This document shows, one piece after another, positions 1-13,132 of a DNA stretch of 64,000 nucleotides (position 1 is the stretch's first letter; every line of letters starts with the position of its first letter). Source of the DNA: Balanoglossus misakiensis (lineage: Eukaryota > Animalia > Hemichordata); NCBI GenBank assembly GCA_040954595.2, contig CM082597.2, positions 4,965,244 through 5,029,243 on the forward strand. The letters are read 5' to 3'. A program made the position numbers and the translations under genes. The notes below the pieces were generated by a model. That model made no database searches. It was not told the DNA's origin and saw only the letters and a program-made list of their open reading frames with translations.

Positions 1-347
1 TTTGACAAAAATATTAGTACTGTGTCAACATGTTGCCGGCATTAAGGCAAGCCGTGAATCGTGCAGTGAATTACTCTAAGTGACCTTAAGTGACTTGAAC
101 AGAGTATTGAAGAGAACATCACGATCATACGGTCTGATCTGTCTCCAGTGGACTGTAAAGTAATCGACAGATAATAGAGATGATTGTGTTCACCACTATT
201 GATGTCCCCAGGGATACCTCATGCCAAGTGTCTTAACTTGAACTCGTCTTTGTACAGGGGCTGATACACTCAGAGAGAGAGAGAGAGGACATGCATTAAA
301 AATCATGTGATTAAGCTCATTCAGTAATTCTCTCTCTAATTAACAGC

Positions 348-373
348 ATGTCTGTCTATCCATCCTATCTATG

Positions 374-404
<31 letters not shown>

Positions 405-452
405 GTATCCATCTATCTATCTATCCATCTATCTATCTATCTATCTATATAT
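348..452. repeat. (TCTA/TCCA)n microsatellite
   Basis: Direct tetranucleotide repeats; explains the spurious ORF 348..542. Confidence 0.95.
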
Positions 453-915
453 CTAAGAATCTCCCTATCAGTACAACATGTCTTTGCTTCCACCCAAAAT
501 AAATTACCACAATTAAACATGTATCTATTTCAACTTCTGTAGCCAATGTTACTCGAGGGTAGATGGTGAACCTTGTATGTTCTAATTTCAATAAACCATC
601 AACGAAGGGCCGGGGTTGTAGTTACAAAACCACATCATCAATTATTCAAAATCCAATTTTCGAATTCTTCAATATAAGGAAGACTTTATCCTTGGGTTTC
701 AATTGCTCTGTCAATATGACTGGACATCAGGCTGCCTAATAGGGACAGACTGCCCAACACACTGACTTGTTTGTTCGCAGGTAAATCACTTCTGTAGTGC
801 ATGCAGTGTGCCTTGCCGGGCTCCCCCAGTGCTCATATACTCTATGTGAAATTATTCCGGCAATATCAATCCGCGGAGAGATTATGCTTTTCAATCGAGG
901 ACAGGTTATGACTGA

Positions 916-1039
916 GTGTGTGTATGTATGTATGTGTGTATGTATGTATGTGTGTATGTGTGTATGTATGTATGTATGTATGTATGTATGTATGTATGTA
1001 TGTATGTATGTATGTATGTATGTATGTATGTGTGTGTGT
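916..1039. repeat. (TATG/TGTG)n microsatellite
   Basis: Direct repeats; explains the MYVC-repeat ORFs 797..1336 and 918..1163. Confidence 0.95.
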
Positions 1040-1171
1040 TCCTACTCACAAAGAGCTATTGAATTACATTCTCAAAAGTGTCGCTGTGAATCAAACATTT
1101 ATTCACTGTTTATCACAAAGACTTTGGCAAAGGCATACACTGCCAATTGTTTGGTTCACGTGATCAAATTA

Positions 1172-1480
1172 AGCAATAAAACACCCCCAGCCATGGTATA
1201 TCACGAGATTTTGACCAGTTCACGACATATACGCACGAGCGATAGCGAGTGCGTATATGGAGTTGAACTGGTCAAAATCGAGTGGTATACCATGGCTGGG
1301 GTGTTTTATTGCTATTATATTATGCCAGTATATTGAAACTTTGCATAAAACATTTTAAAAAGGCATTTTCTTTAACTATGATATATGACTGTGGTATATG
1401 GCTAATATATCACGGTCACGTGTCGTGTCTCGACCAATCAAATAGCGTGATTTACACCATCAATATACTGGTATAATATA
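1172..1480. mobile_element. Non-autonomous hairpin-plus-tail element
   Basis: Imperfect palindrome 1172-1313 (agcaataaaacacccccagccatggtata...tataccatggctggggtgttttattgct) centred on cacgagcgatagcgagtg, followed by a ~170-bp tail containing gaccaatca. Confidence 0.65.
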
Positions 1481-4400
1481 ATTACTTAATATTGCAATTC
1501 GAATGTGCAGGCCAGTGGTGATACGAAACATGCTTTTTATGTTTATGACATACATAAACACATAATTTCAGATGTACCGGTAGGTCCCCCATTTATGTAT
1601 CTGAGACCAACACAGTGATAGTTGTATGGGCCTAAATGTTGGCGACTAATTAGACTCGGTGTAATCTTATTCAAACATGTAGTACACATTGGGGCAACAC
1701 CATTACAATTCTAATTTTAACTGTATCCTTTGCTTTATATAAATGGACAGATAAGTAATCCTGTTGACTGACTGCCACACACATTGGCTCTTTTGACGTA
1801 AATCTTCATTCACAAAAAAAACATTTATGATTAAATTTTGGATGTCTGTTGTGCGCAAAAGAAACACACAGTACCATGACGAACGTGCCAATTTCCCAGC
1901 CGGTCGATTTTGTTGGGATTAGCCGTCCACTGTGCAAACCTGATTAGTCCAAGGTGATATTGCGCCTCATAAATTAATCAACGCATAATCACATGTTTAT
2001 GACCGTCGTTTATAAACTGTGAACTGGTAAAATGACGTTTATGGCAGTGAGGATTAAGATAAGCTTAACTAAGTTATGGTTGATGGTAACTACAACGTCA
2101 TGCTTGTACTTAATTCCAAGTTCGGATATGCTCCTATGATACAGATTTTGATTGGAGATCAAGAGGAAGGCACAAACACTTTAGAGGACTGGTACAATAA
2201 CTGTTGACGCAATGAAATATCAGAAGATTTACAAGTCTATCGATACACATTAATCGGAAAAATAACATCATTTATTCACATAGCAACGGGTTCTTATACA
2301 AACATCTCTCACTTATTCCCTTTAAAGCTTCCTTTTGAACAACGAAACCACTGTAGTTTCACATTTGGAGATCTCATCAAGCTCTTGTATTCGAGGCATT
2401 TTAATGATCTGAGCTACATTTCATGAGTATTTTAACAGCTTTGTAGTGTTGTCGCTCCCACTTGTAAACACGAAGATATCCCTTACTGAACATCGAAAAC
2501 TCGTAAAATCCTTGTAATCCATTAAGGCCGTTAAGAGAATACCTAGTTAGGCCCAGGCTGGAGAGCATACTTTGCAAGAAATTGAGATAAAATTCATAGC
2601 TTTTGCAGTTTTCTCTGCATACTCAGACTGATCTCATAGCTAAGTATGGCTCTCGCAGCGCCAATTCTTGCACATTACGAGGATTTTGAAGTTTCGAAAA
2701 TCAATAAATGTATGATTAGTGACGAACATTGCCACCGTTTCAGAGCCTTTCATTTTTCTGCTGACATTTTTGTAAATTCTAGTGAAAGTATCTCCCATGC
2801 ATATCCATCAATTTGCATCAGTTGCCTCTCTCTATAATTCAGATGAACTCTACTTTCTGTTATCTCAGCTGCAGGTTACCGTCACGCGGTATATCTACTA
2901 TTCCCCCCCCCCCCATGCAAAACACCAGGTCTTATGTCATACCAATGTCTGTGTACGATAGATATATCTGTTTCATAATATTATGTCAAAGAAGGCTTTC
3001 AAATGAGTTGATCTCAGTAACAGTGTAATGCCAAACAGTTTAATTACATTGAACTTTAGGAATCTATTGTACCAATTTTTTTGAAAATTGTTGAGGCACA
3101 GAGACATATTCAGTATTTGTTACAATGTAAGTATACCGGTATATCTGGTTTCAGAGATGAGGGTATATGATATTTATTGAGTTTGTAACATGGGGAAACA
3201 ACTGTGCAATAGTTTATGGACATGTTGTGCTCCTTACAATGCCCCACCTTCTGAAAGGAAATAAACTGGCCACATAACCAATGTTTCGAGGGATGATCAA
3301 AATGAGGGTTGTAGTCAATTTGCAGTAAATGTTTATTGCCAAAACATTCTCTGGTTGGCATTTTGTTTATAAAATTGACTCGTTCCAAATGCTGCTTTTT
3401 TGGTGTAAACAGTTTTAAGAGTGTCTTTGAAGTCGATTCCTGGCCCAAGCAGTATGTAATTGGCGTTCTGCGTTAAATGCAATGAGGGACTTACTGGCGT
3501 CACGGGAGAGCTCGCCGAATTGAGGGGTTAATGGAGACATAGCAGAGGTGGGCAACTGAATAAGAGAACATGAACTCAGTCTGAACTATGGCATTTCCCA
3601 GGGCGCTCAATAGAGCTTAAGCAGCAATGTATCAACTTCCAAGGTTGCGAGGAACCCGTTATCGACCAAGATTTATACCCTCGCCACCGGCAGTGGGTTA
3701 AGAATAGCCACATTCAAACACATAACCACTTCAGTTCCAGTACCTGTGCTATTAATTTCTGTTTTTGGTTTTGAACTCTGTTGACATACTGGCTGAGGTA
3801 ATAAATTAATCCTGTTTGCGACTGCCTTCCTTAAGGCCCTATCAGTCACATCACATCACATCAAACGAATGAATCGTCGTTTACTTAAAGGTCCATATTT
3901 CTTGACGTAAGCATGGATATAAAATAAAAACAATTTTTCTGCACATAGAACTGTTCAGTTGGAAACTAAAGGGATAGCAGTGCATATCATATGCCCCTAT
4001 AAGAGCGCCTTGAAACATCTTTACAGTAGATTTCATGAATGACTACAGAAGAGTCATTTTACCACATTTTTTTTACTTTCAATGAACATGTGGAATATGT
4101 AGCAGATTACATTAATTACCATCTTCCTTTTTCTCCTTAAGTACTCTCTTACTTATTGTCACTGGAGAGCTGTGCATTTGGACAGCAATGGACACTTAAT
4201 ATCAAATTCAAAATCACAATTCACATCAGTATTTAAAGATAAAAATTAATAATACATGGTGTATTTCAATTGTTCTGTACAATAACCTCGGTTTAGCTGC
4301 GACTCGCGAGTTTACAATGCAGTGCATATTCCGGTACTGCCAGGCAAGAAATAAATGACTCCATCAATTATCAGGATTGCAGAAACACTTGAATTCAAGA

Positions 4401-7282
4401 ACATCGCCTCCTTGCGATATCCTGATAACAGAAAAGGGCATTGGACCGTAGAGGAATGAGTGATGAATTCTGATGGTCATGCGTCAGGTGAGCAAGGATA
4501 ATTGTGAAATGGAAGGGAATACACAACACTGATCTGAAGGTGGTGAATTTGAGTATGTCACACAAAATGTATGCTGTCTGTGTCTTCCATTGCCTCATTG
4601 TCTGTCTGTTTGCCTGTATGTAGGTCTGGCTCTCACTTTAGTCTGCTCACCTGTTTACCTGTAGCGTGTTCTGTTTGTCGTATTTTGTTTGTTTGACTGT
4701 GTCTGTCTGTCTATCTCTACCAGGCTCTTTTCATACTACCGGTACATACATAATATTGTGCACAGTTGTTTTCTCGGTTGTGATGGGTGAACAACAACAG
4801 CCGTTGAGCGCTGACGTCGGCATTTGTTCATATAGTTTCAATCACATGCGACATTGCAATCCATTCTCGTGTATACTAAAGTAGAAGTTATTAAATATCT
4901 CAGCAGGTTCGACGCACGCAGCCATTGGCTGTTCATGGAAGTGGCAATACCGGTGGTTAAGTGGTAATAAAGCACGATTATGGCATGAAAAGCCCCAGTC
5001 TTATCCTAGAGTTATCAAGTCACCCATACTTAAAAAGAATGCATTTGAATGAAAACGTATACATGAGTATTCAACGGTAATTTGCTACAGCAGCTAAGTA
5101 AGGACGTCTTATAATAAGCAAAGCACGTCGCCACATCCCTTGGATAAATGGTCTATATGCACAGACACTATAAATTGATTCAATTTACGACCAAATTGCA
5201 TTTGTCCGTTTCCGGAATTAATTTGTAAACAATCTACGGGTTTTGTCTACAGAACAGGAATTGGCGTGATGATGTCAGACAAAAAAAGCCAGCAAAAACA
5301 GCAGGGCATTCAAACCATGCAAAACAAAGTTATGATTGTTGCCCCAATGTTTCGTGACCAAAAATCAAAGCAATTAAAGTTATCTCTGAAAGAACCGGAG
5401 CATATAAATATACCTAGGCACACCTTACTCACTGTAATGTTCGACAGAAACTGACCAACTTCTACCGTATAACCATGTCAATGACTTGATGCTTGTACAT
5501 AAAATAGCAACTACTACACGACTTGTACCAAAATCATAAAGTCTAACATATTAAACAGCTTTTGCAATTCCTTAAATGCCACCCCCTATTTACGGTGTTA
5601 GTTAGTTACAATAGTAATATAAGGTTTGCCTAAACATTTCATTATTTTATTGTTACCACGCCCCTGATAACAGAGAGAAGTACCACGACTTTCGACGAGA
5701 AGATGACAATTTGATATTGATTTTCTGCAAGGTACACCATCATTTAGAGTGCATCTGTCCAGTTTTCAGATGCTGTGTGCCCCGCTAAGAATAGCGTCAC
5801 ATTTCCATGCATAGCTGTTTTGTCCCACACTAGTCTTTATCAAACATATTCACCAAATTTCACATACCGGTTTTCGAGACTCCTGCAACCCAGGTTCGAT
5901 TTTCCAGCTCTTTCGAAGAGTAGAAAATGCACTTTGTAGATAGTTATCTTCACAACTCTTCCCTGGGCGCACAAGTATAGCAGTACTGAGAAGCAACGAC
6001 AGGCATTGCGCTGAGGTATTATAGCATATTGAGTGGATGCTGTAATCAGTCGCCGAGCAACCAGTGCGCGACCAATTACAATTCAGCAGACTCCCTAGGT
6101 ATGTGGTCATTTACTTGAACTCATGCCCTGCATCAAACATGAACTTAGAACTGGCAAGATTGTAAGTTGGCACATATTGAAAAAAAAATCCAAAAACAGC
6201 AACACTATTGAAGGGTTTCTTGGCTGCTGTGTCTGCAATGGAAGATGTCCAATTGAGACGATCGTATGATAATGATCTTGACAGAAAATTCAAGTGTTCT
6301 AGATGAACAGCGTGGCACATTTCACATAAAATTTAGATACAGCTGGGATTCTACCTTCAGAACATTTCTCTGACGAGTGAGGACAGTGTTCATCGGAGTT
6401 CCGACAAATACTCTCTGTGTCATCAATGTACAAAGAACAGAATTATCTGATTATAGTGTAATCAGCTGCTACTCTAGGCTTGATATCCGACAAAATGCGC
6501 TACTGGGATCACTTTGCACCAATTACACGCAGGCATAGGCATGTGCACATTGATGGGGATAAATCAACCCTGGTATGCTACAAGAAAAATAAATGGATAA
6601 TAAAAACATTTTAGGTTTGTATGCAATGTATGCATTTGATACAGAATAAACCAGATTAGCTGGAACACAGGTGAATGTATCAGAAATACAGACCTTCCTT
6701 TTTGTGAAATTTTCAAGAAATTGACACTCTTTTCTGAAAATTTTCCATGTAAGGCTTTGGAAAATGAAATACACTGCATCTGGGGTAGTCATCTACCTCT
6801 AAGCCTTTTAATATTATTTGATATGCAATACCGTTTCGGCACCTTAATAAGATTAAATTATGCGCTCATTGGGAAAGGTCGCAATTTATTTACAAAACTG
6901 CCTTTTTATCTTACTATTCCAATGTAACGCTGATGAAAAAGTACTTTATTATATAGATTTTACACTGATACATTGTGGCAGATGTGATTTTTATTTATAT
7001 CAGCTTGCTGAGAGGGCAAATCCATCCAAATTAAAATTTATATCAATATGTAACACAGTAGAGATAAGTCATGCTTATCGTGTGTGTAAAATATAATCCA
7101 TTCCGATAAATTAAATACATTGTTGTACTGTGTCCAGCGCTTTATGGCTTAAAGGTTAAAAATGCAAACGTATTGGCATCTTTATAGGTTGAATTTTTCA
7201 ATTTTCACTTATGATTTTCCACAAATAATTTGTTGATGTTGCCGACAAATAGTGAATGGCCTGTATATATCGAGAGAATATA

Positions 7283-7500
7283 ACGTGAAGGGGTTGTCGC
7301 CCTGTGTTTGTTTATAAACATTACAATTCATCCACAAATCCCTGACAATGAAATTAGATCATTCTCAGAATGAACGAAGCAGCCGACCGTAGCAAAGACA
7401 GCGCATGACAGCAACAGAAGATCCTAGTAGGTCGTGGCAATGGCAGTGAGGTTTGAGCTGGTATTGGAGGAGATATTCTCATCGAGGGGAAGCGCCCTCA
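7283..7500 (+). mobile_element. Degenerate copy of a TTAA-flanked MITE family (others at 58917-59117 and 59607-59730)
   Basis: Shares tttataaacattacaattcatccacaaatccctga...gcatgacagcaac..aagat.cta.taggtcgtggc with the other copies. Confidence 0.75.
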
Positions 7501-8757
7501 ATCACATGCTGACATCGGACATGGAGTACCTAAGTCAAAAGGGTGTGCTACAGTATTTTTTATGGTAGGGGCGTGTATGGCTGGGATTTAAATTTGCATT
7601 GACATCTTCTTTTCGACATGCCTATGCCATCGTAGCAAAGATACGCCCATAATTTCTACCACCAAAGTCAACTAACAATTTCCTTGATACCCATTGGTGA
7701 ATGCTATAATGGTATTATGCCTTTTTGAGTCTGTGTTGTGAAGTGCTTCTGGACCAGTTATATTAGTCAGGTAATAAGAATGACGGTTCGGTTGGCTTTG
7801 AGACTGGACATTTTTAGCAATGGGCATTCATGCAAGTCAATCTGTCTCATTGGAATTTTAAAGGTTATACATTAATCATGGGATGATTGTAGCCTCTTTC
7901 TGTGTGACCCTTTAGGCAGAATTAATATATGTTCCATCACACATTGATCAAGTTATCAAAGTCATTTTGTCTAATAGTGGGACCTCTTTGGAGAAAACAG
8001 TGAATTCAATTTGTACGCATATATACTTAAACCAGATACATTGTACGCTGCTGCAGATTAACCCATATACAGAGAACAATTTTACAGCACATTTTTATAT
8101 TACAAGTGGCTTCTACTTTGATGAGTGACATGTCCATCATAATTATCAGCTTATTTGCTTGCGAGATTATTAATATCTCTGGAATCATTGGATTTGTTGC
8201 CACAGTATCAGCAAAAGTTAATAAAAATACTGAGATTTGGGGATTTAATTTTATACCACCAATCTTTATTTTATTCTAACTGATTGATCCGAGGACCATC
8301 TGGAAAGAATCACAGTTACCATTTCTAATGAAATTCTTACTGCAGATCTACGTAAATCTCAAATAGCTGTAACTTTTCACTATGCTTTCTGTATCTTTGT
8401 TCAAATCCCTGAAGCATTATAACATGCCCAGTATCCAGCTTATTAAAACAACCCATATGTATAAAGTCAGCATTGTGATTGTGCAAACTTTGAATTCAAG
8501 CCTGGAATAGAATTAATTCAGCTACATGTTTTCACAGTAAAAGCCCCTTCCTTTGAAAAAGTCCCATTTGTGTGACAAATTTCTGCTTTTCAATGTTTCC
8601 TTATAATAAAATTAATAAGATTTGGAATGTGCCTCAAAAATCAAAGTCTCTATATGTTACATTTGCCATGGTTACACGCTTGTTCACTAAAATTACCGAT
8701 GAGACCTTACAACCTTAGATAGTGTGATAACCTGTGATAATTTATGGCTCATTCACA

Positions 8758-10667
8758 TCAACATAACCTGGCATCTTGTTCCCGTCGTGCGCGTCCCCGC
8801 AATCCATTAGTGTCTTGTCGCAGACTTAAACAAAACTGACTTTTTTGCTCTTCCGCGTCACATTTTGCCGAGATAGCAGACTGTTGCATTCGAAAGAGTC
8901 TGAGATCTTCCTCGAAGTCACCGTCGTAGTTTTTGACCCTCTCCCAGAAAGTTCGGTTGAAGTGGTCGTAGAGCTTGAAGTCGGCGCTGTTCCATCTCTC
9001 AATGTTCGACTTGACAGATGCTGGAAACGGCTCCTGGGGGGCCTTGTGCACTTTGTTCATCCCGTAGGCGACATCACTGAAATCCCAACACATTGTTTTC
9101 CGCAGTAACACGAGCGATTCATCGAAATACTCAAGCAGCATAACCAAGTCCAACTCTTCGTCAAGTTCTCGTATTTTCAAATCGACCGCAGTTTGGTTGT
9201 CATGGTACTCGTGGTCCAGCCCTAGTATCCAAATCTGACTGTTTTTAAGTCGTGACAAATTGACTAGATTTATACGCCCCGACGAATATTCTTTGAATAA
9301 TTTTAAAAATGCATCAGACATGTCTGTTGAGATTAATCTTTTAGAAAAACCATAAAAATAGAAAGCAGACTGGAACTGAGTATATGGGGATCTTAGGATA
9401 GTGATGTACTTAGCGTTTGGTATAAGCATGTCCAGCACGGATCTGTTGTAGTGCATGTGGTGTGCCAAATAATTGTACCCTTTGAACGAAGAGCAATTGT
9501 ACTGAATAAAATCAGGAGCCTGGAGATCGAAAACAGGTCCGTCTTGCGGCAACATAACGGTCAGGTTGTTGGCAATGCCATACCGAAGCAGTATGCTTGC
9601 GACTGTACTCCCACCAGTCTTCCTTGTCTTGGGAAAAACAAAATGGTGGACGGGAGTGCAAGAAGAGTGTCTGCTCGGTGAGGGTGGTGACTTTTGCCGA
9701 GGAGCTGGGGGGAGGTGCACTCGGCCGGAGTAAGTAAAATGGCCCTTGGGTCTGATAGATGGAATCAACAGAAAAAAATAAATTAGAGAAATGATATTAA
9801 AATGTCTCATAGCGCCATTTTTTTCTGCAAACATGGATTTTGAATACAATTATAGCAGGTTTTAATTTTAGCCATTAAGGATGTACGTTCAGTAAAATTG
9901 AAAGTATTGTCATTTTTTTTAATTGTGGATTTTTTTATTCTCCTTTGTATGTATAATGGAAATCTGTAATAAAATGTAGGGGTCACCGCACTTGTTTATG
10001 AAATACAGAGCCATGAATTTGGTCGATAATAGAAGAAATCTGCTGACTCAGCATTTTTCACCAATGGTTTGTCTATGGGCAAAATTTTTAACGCAATTTA
10101 TCTCAAAATAGAGCGCGGTGACCCCTATATTTTATTTGACCAATGAATTTATATTTGCTGGACAGCTATGTGTAAAATTTCGTGAAAATGACAATAGTAG
10201 AAGTTTGTTTTGTGGTGATTATCAATGTAATCCTATGGGAAAAAGACCGGGCGCGCAGTGTTTCCGGTTTATGTTATGCGCGTACATCCTTAAGGCATAT
10301 TTTGAGCTGGCGGCATTATAAATGTGAGAATTTACGCACCTAATAAAATATACTAAAATAGCGTGATAGCTAAAAATACTTGTAGTATATTGCTTTTCCA
10401 GAAAACCAGTTGAACACAGGAAAATGACCTGTGATGACAGGAAACACTAGTCTTTCAATTGTATATATCTGCACCTCCACATATAATTACTTTGGGACAA
10501 CATACACACCACCTCCGATCACAACAATTATGTCTTGTCATGCAATTACCAAGAGCAATTCATTCCGACTTACTTTTCATCGGTTTTTAAGGAAAACGGC
10601 TCAAAAATTGTAATGTGCAGCAAAATCACTCCTAGGACCATGAGCAATAATGCAATCTTCTTCTTGT
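8758..10667 (-). CDS. Galactose-3-O-sulfotransferase (Gal3ST/cerebroside sulfotransferase family), type II Golgi membrane protein; first coding exon unresolved
   Basis: Catalytic exon 8758-9751 has the 5'-PSB motif FPKTRKTGGST, the 3'-PB motif YITILRSP..QFQSAFYF, and LDLVMLLEYFDESLVLL and WNSADFKLYDHFNRTFW. Upstream exon 10574-10667 (ag...gtaagt, phase-compatible) encodes the anchor KKKIALLLMVLGVILLHITIF. Confidence 0.9.
9879..10289 (+). mobile_element. 411-bp MITE with TTAA TSD (Kolobok-type termini), copy 1, in a Gal3ST intron
   Basis: TTAA|GGATGTACG...CGTACATCC|TTAA; closely similar copy at 20182-20592. Confidence 0.9.
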
Positions 10668-12342
10668 CTGAGAAAACAAGAGAAATGGATTTTTTGACAA
10701 ACCAGTGTGCATCATTCGACATTCCCAGCAACATTAACAATAGACAAAAGCCATTTTCTGTTATAGGTTAAGTTAAAGTGTACAGATTCACTCTCATTGT
10801 TCTGCACGTTAAACTCAAAACTATGATCAATGAATATAAAGAATTGCAGATAAAATAATGATGATGATGATAATATAGTTTTCAGAGAAAAAATGGGTTG
10901 TATTTTGCGATGACAATTTTACTAGACTAGAACTTTTGGTCGCGAAGAATAATTTTGTGGGTTTTTCCAAAATACACATTTCAGACTGGGTTTGCATACC
11001 ATACGAAACATGTACCGCTATAATGTTGATTATTGTTACCAATATGGTTGTTACTTTGTATTACACTGGTACATCAAGTTACTTGAGAACACATTTCCAA
11101 TATTAAACATGAAATGGTTGGCAAGGTCCCTTTGAACAGCGGGGAAGAATGCCGATGGTGTGTTTATAAACAGAAAAGTCACACATATACAGTGCAGATG
11201 ACCCACCCTTTTGGTCATAAATCATATATAGCACATATGTGGGTTAGCATACCAACCTACTGTTAGAAAACAACCAAGTCCTATTTCTCTAAAGCAAAAA
11301 ATTAAACACATTTTCACATAACCAACCAGAGAATGATGATGCCATTCTTCCAACTGGGTGATCAATCTTTAAGCGTGGTGATCCTATAAAACTCGGGAGA
11401 GCTAGTGTCAGTGAGCTGTGGGAATATGTGGACAAGTATACAAATGTCAGCCACTCAACCACATATGTGTATGACTAAATTGCAACAGCAGCATGCAGCA
11501 TATGTTGACAAGTGCTTCTCTGAGTAAAAACCGACCTTTAATCCGAAAATAATTACAACAGACTATACAATAAGTGATACTGAAGCGAAGCGAATTATAA
11601 AAAGATAATGTGCATTTCACACTCAGTTCTATGGAAACCGCAAGCTTGATAAAAAGAATTGAAAAGGCAAGTGGCGACTGCACTTTTTATTTTTTATTAT
11701 TGACATTTATTTTGAGAGCGTTCTCATAAAAATTATAATAAAGTTAGCCAGTTTAAATGACCACGACTGATTGGAAGACTTATGAACACAAATTCCCTGT
11801 ATCACATTAGCGCAGTCTCATTTCACCTCAAACACAAACAACATCTGTGATTAACATAAATATGAAAGGTTGAAATAAAGTTGCCTTTGTCGTAGGTTGG
11901 AGTAACCCACCTTTAGAATTGTGGTGTTGACCTTTCACCAATGGAAATTTAGCCACGATTACTGTTGGGATCTACCCAATCCTAGATCTTCAGTGCAGCC
12001 ACGCAAAAAACAACACAGCCACGTGTTGTTTAGAAGACTCAGAGACACCATTTTAACCATACATAGGTACTGATCCTTGCATGGAGAAGACACTTATGGT
12101 TTACACTCTCTCAATAGTGGAGACACAGCTGTTACTTCATAGGAAAACAATATCTACAAAAAATACACGTCACACTCACAAACCACGTTTTATTGGCATG
12201 CCGTGTACAATAAAACGCGCTTTCAAATCAATCTGTTTTACATGGAGTATATTTTTCTTGATATTCCCAGCGGTCAGGTGTCAAAATATCCATCACAATC
12301 ATCCATCGTTATTTTACTGATGATGTTAGGTATGGATGCTGC

Positions 12343-12729
12343 TAGTCTAGAATCTATCCGTTCGTAGTCGCATTCACCCTACTACCGTCTAGGACCGCAG
12401 AACCAAAATCTAGTAAGGCCATAAAAATGGTAATTTGAATGTGAATAGTCTCCAACTGAGCAGTCTGACGTCAGAGAAGTCAATCACTTACATTGACCGA
12501 CTACTGATTGGCCGTGAGGTGATGACGTTGAATGTTAATTATGTTTACAATGTAGCTCCGCCCCGAATGATACATAATCATGATCACGTGGTGACGCTTG
12601 ACGTCAGATTGCTCAGTTGGAGACTATTCACATTCAAATTACCATTTTTATGGCCTTACTAGATTTTGGTTCTGCGGTCCTAGACGGTAGTAGGGTGAAT
12701 GCGACTACGAACGGATAGATTCTAGACTA
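12343..12729. mobile_element. 387-bp MITE with 131-bp TIRs and a 9-bp TSD
   Basis: TIRs 12343-12473 and 12599-12729 (one mismatch seen), termini TAGTCT...AGACTA, flanked by ggatgctgc at 12334-12342 and 12730-12738. Confidence 0.92.
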
Positions 12730-13132
12730 GGATGCTGCATACACTATGCTGGGTGGCTTTCCCAGTACCCCCCCCCCCCCTTTCCCCGTCGAGTCACTGA
12801 GCAGAAATACAATTTTAAGAGGTTTACGTGTGCCGGAACTAGGTATTGATATTAATTGAAATTAACCTGAAACTATTTTTCCACCGGTTAATCTTAAAAA
12901 TAAACAGATGGTGCCACCTGTGTGCACACTGAAATCACACAACCAGGTTTTGTTGCTATGCGTTTATCCTCGTTCTACCACTCTTTCCCTCACAACCATT
13001 CTTCAAACATGAATGTTTTTTTCCACATTAAAACTTGTTTAATGATTACAACCAGACAATTTTCTTTATTTCAAACTCTCATGTTGGCTTCTAAGACATA
13101 GTGTTCCTCTGGGTGAACTTTGTGTTCTATGT

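Noticed and set aside
797-1336. 179-aa ORF with CMYV repeats
   Set aside because: Translation of a TATG microsatellite plus a palindromic element.
5720-6320. Minus-strand peptides faintly resembling an RTE-LINE reverse transcriptase C-terminus (TYLGSLL, SAFSTLRKSW)
   Set aside because: Too short and interrupted to call without a profile search.
9752-9849. N-terminus of the 363-aa ORF as the real Gal3ST start
   Set aside because: It lies upstream of a cag acceptor at 9752-9754; a phase-compatible anchor exon exists at 10574-10667.
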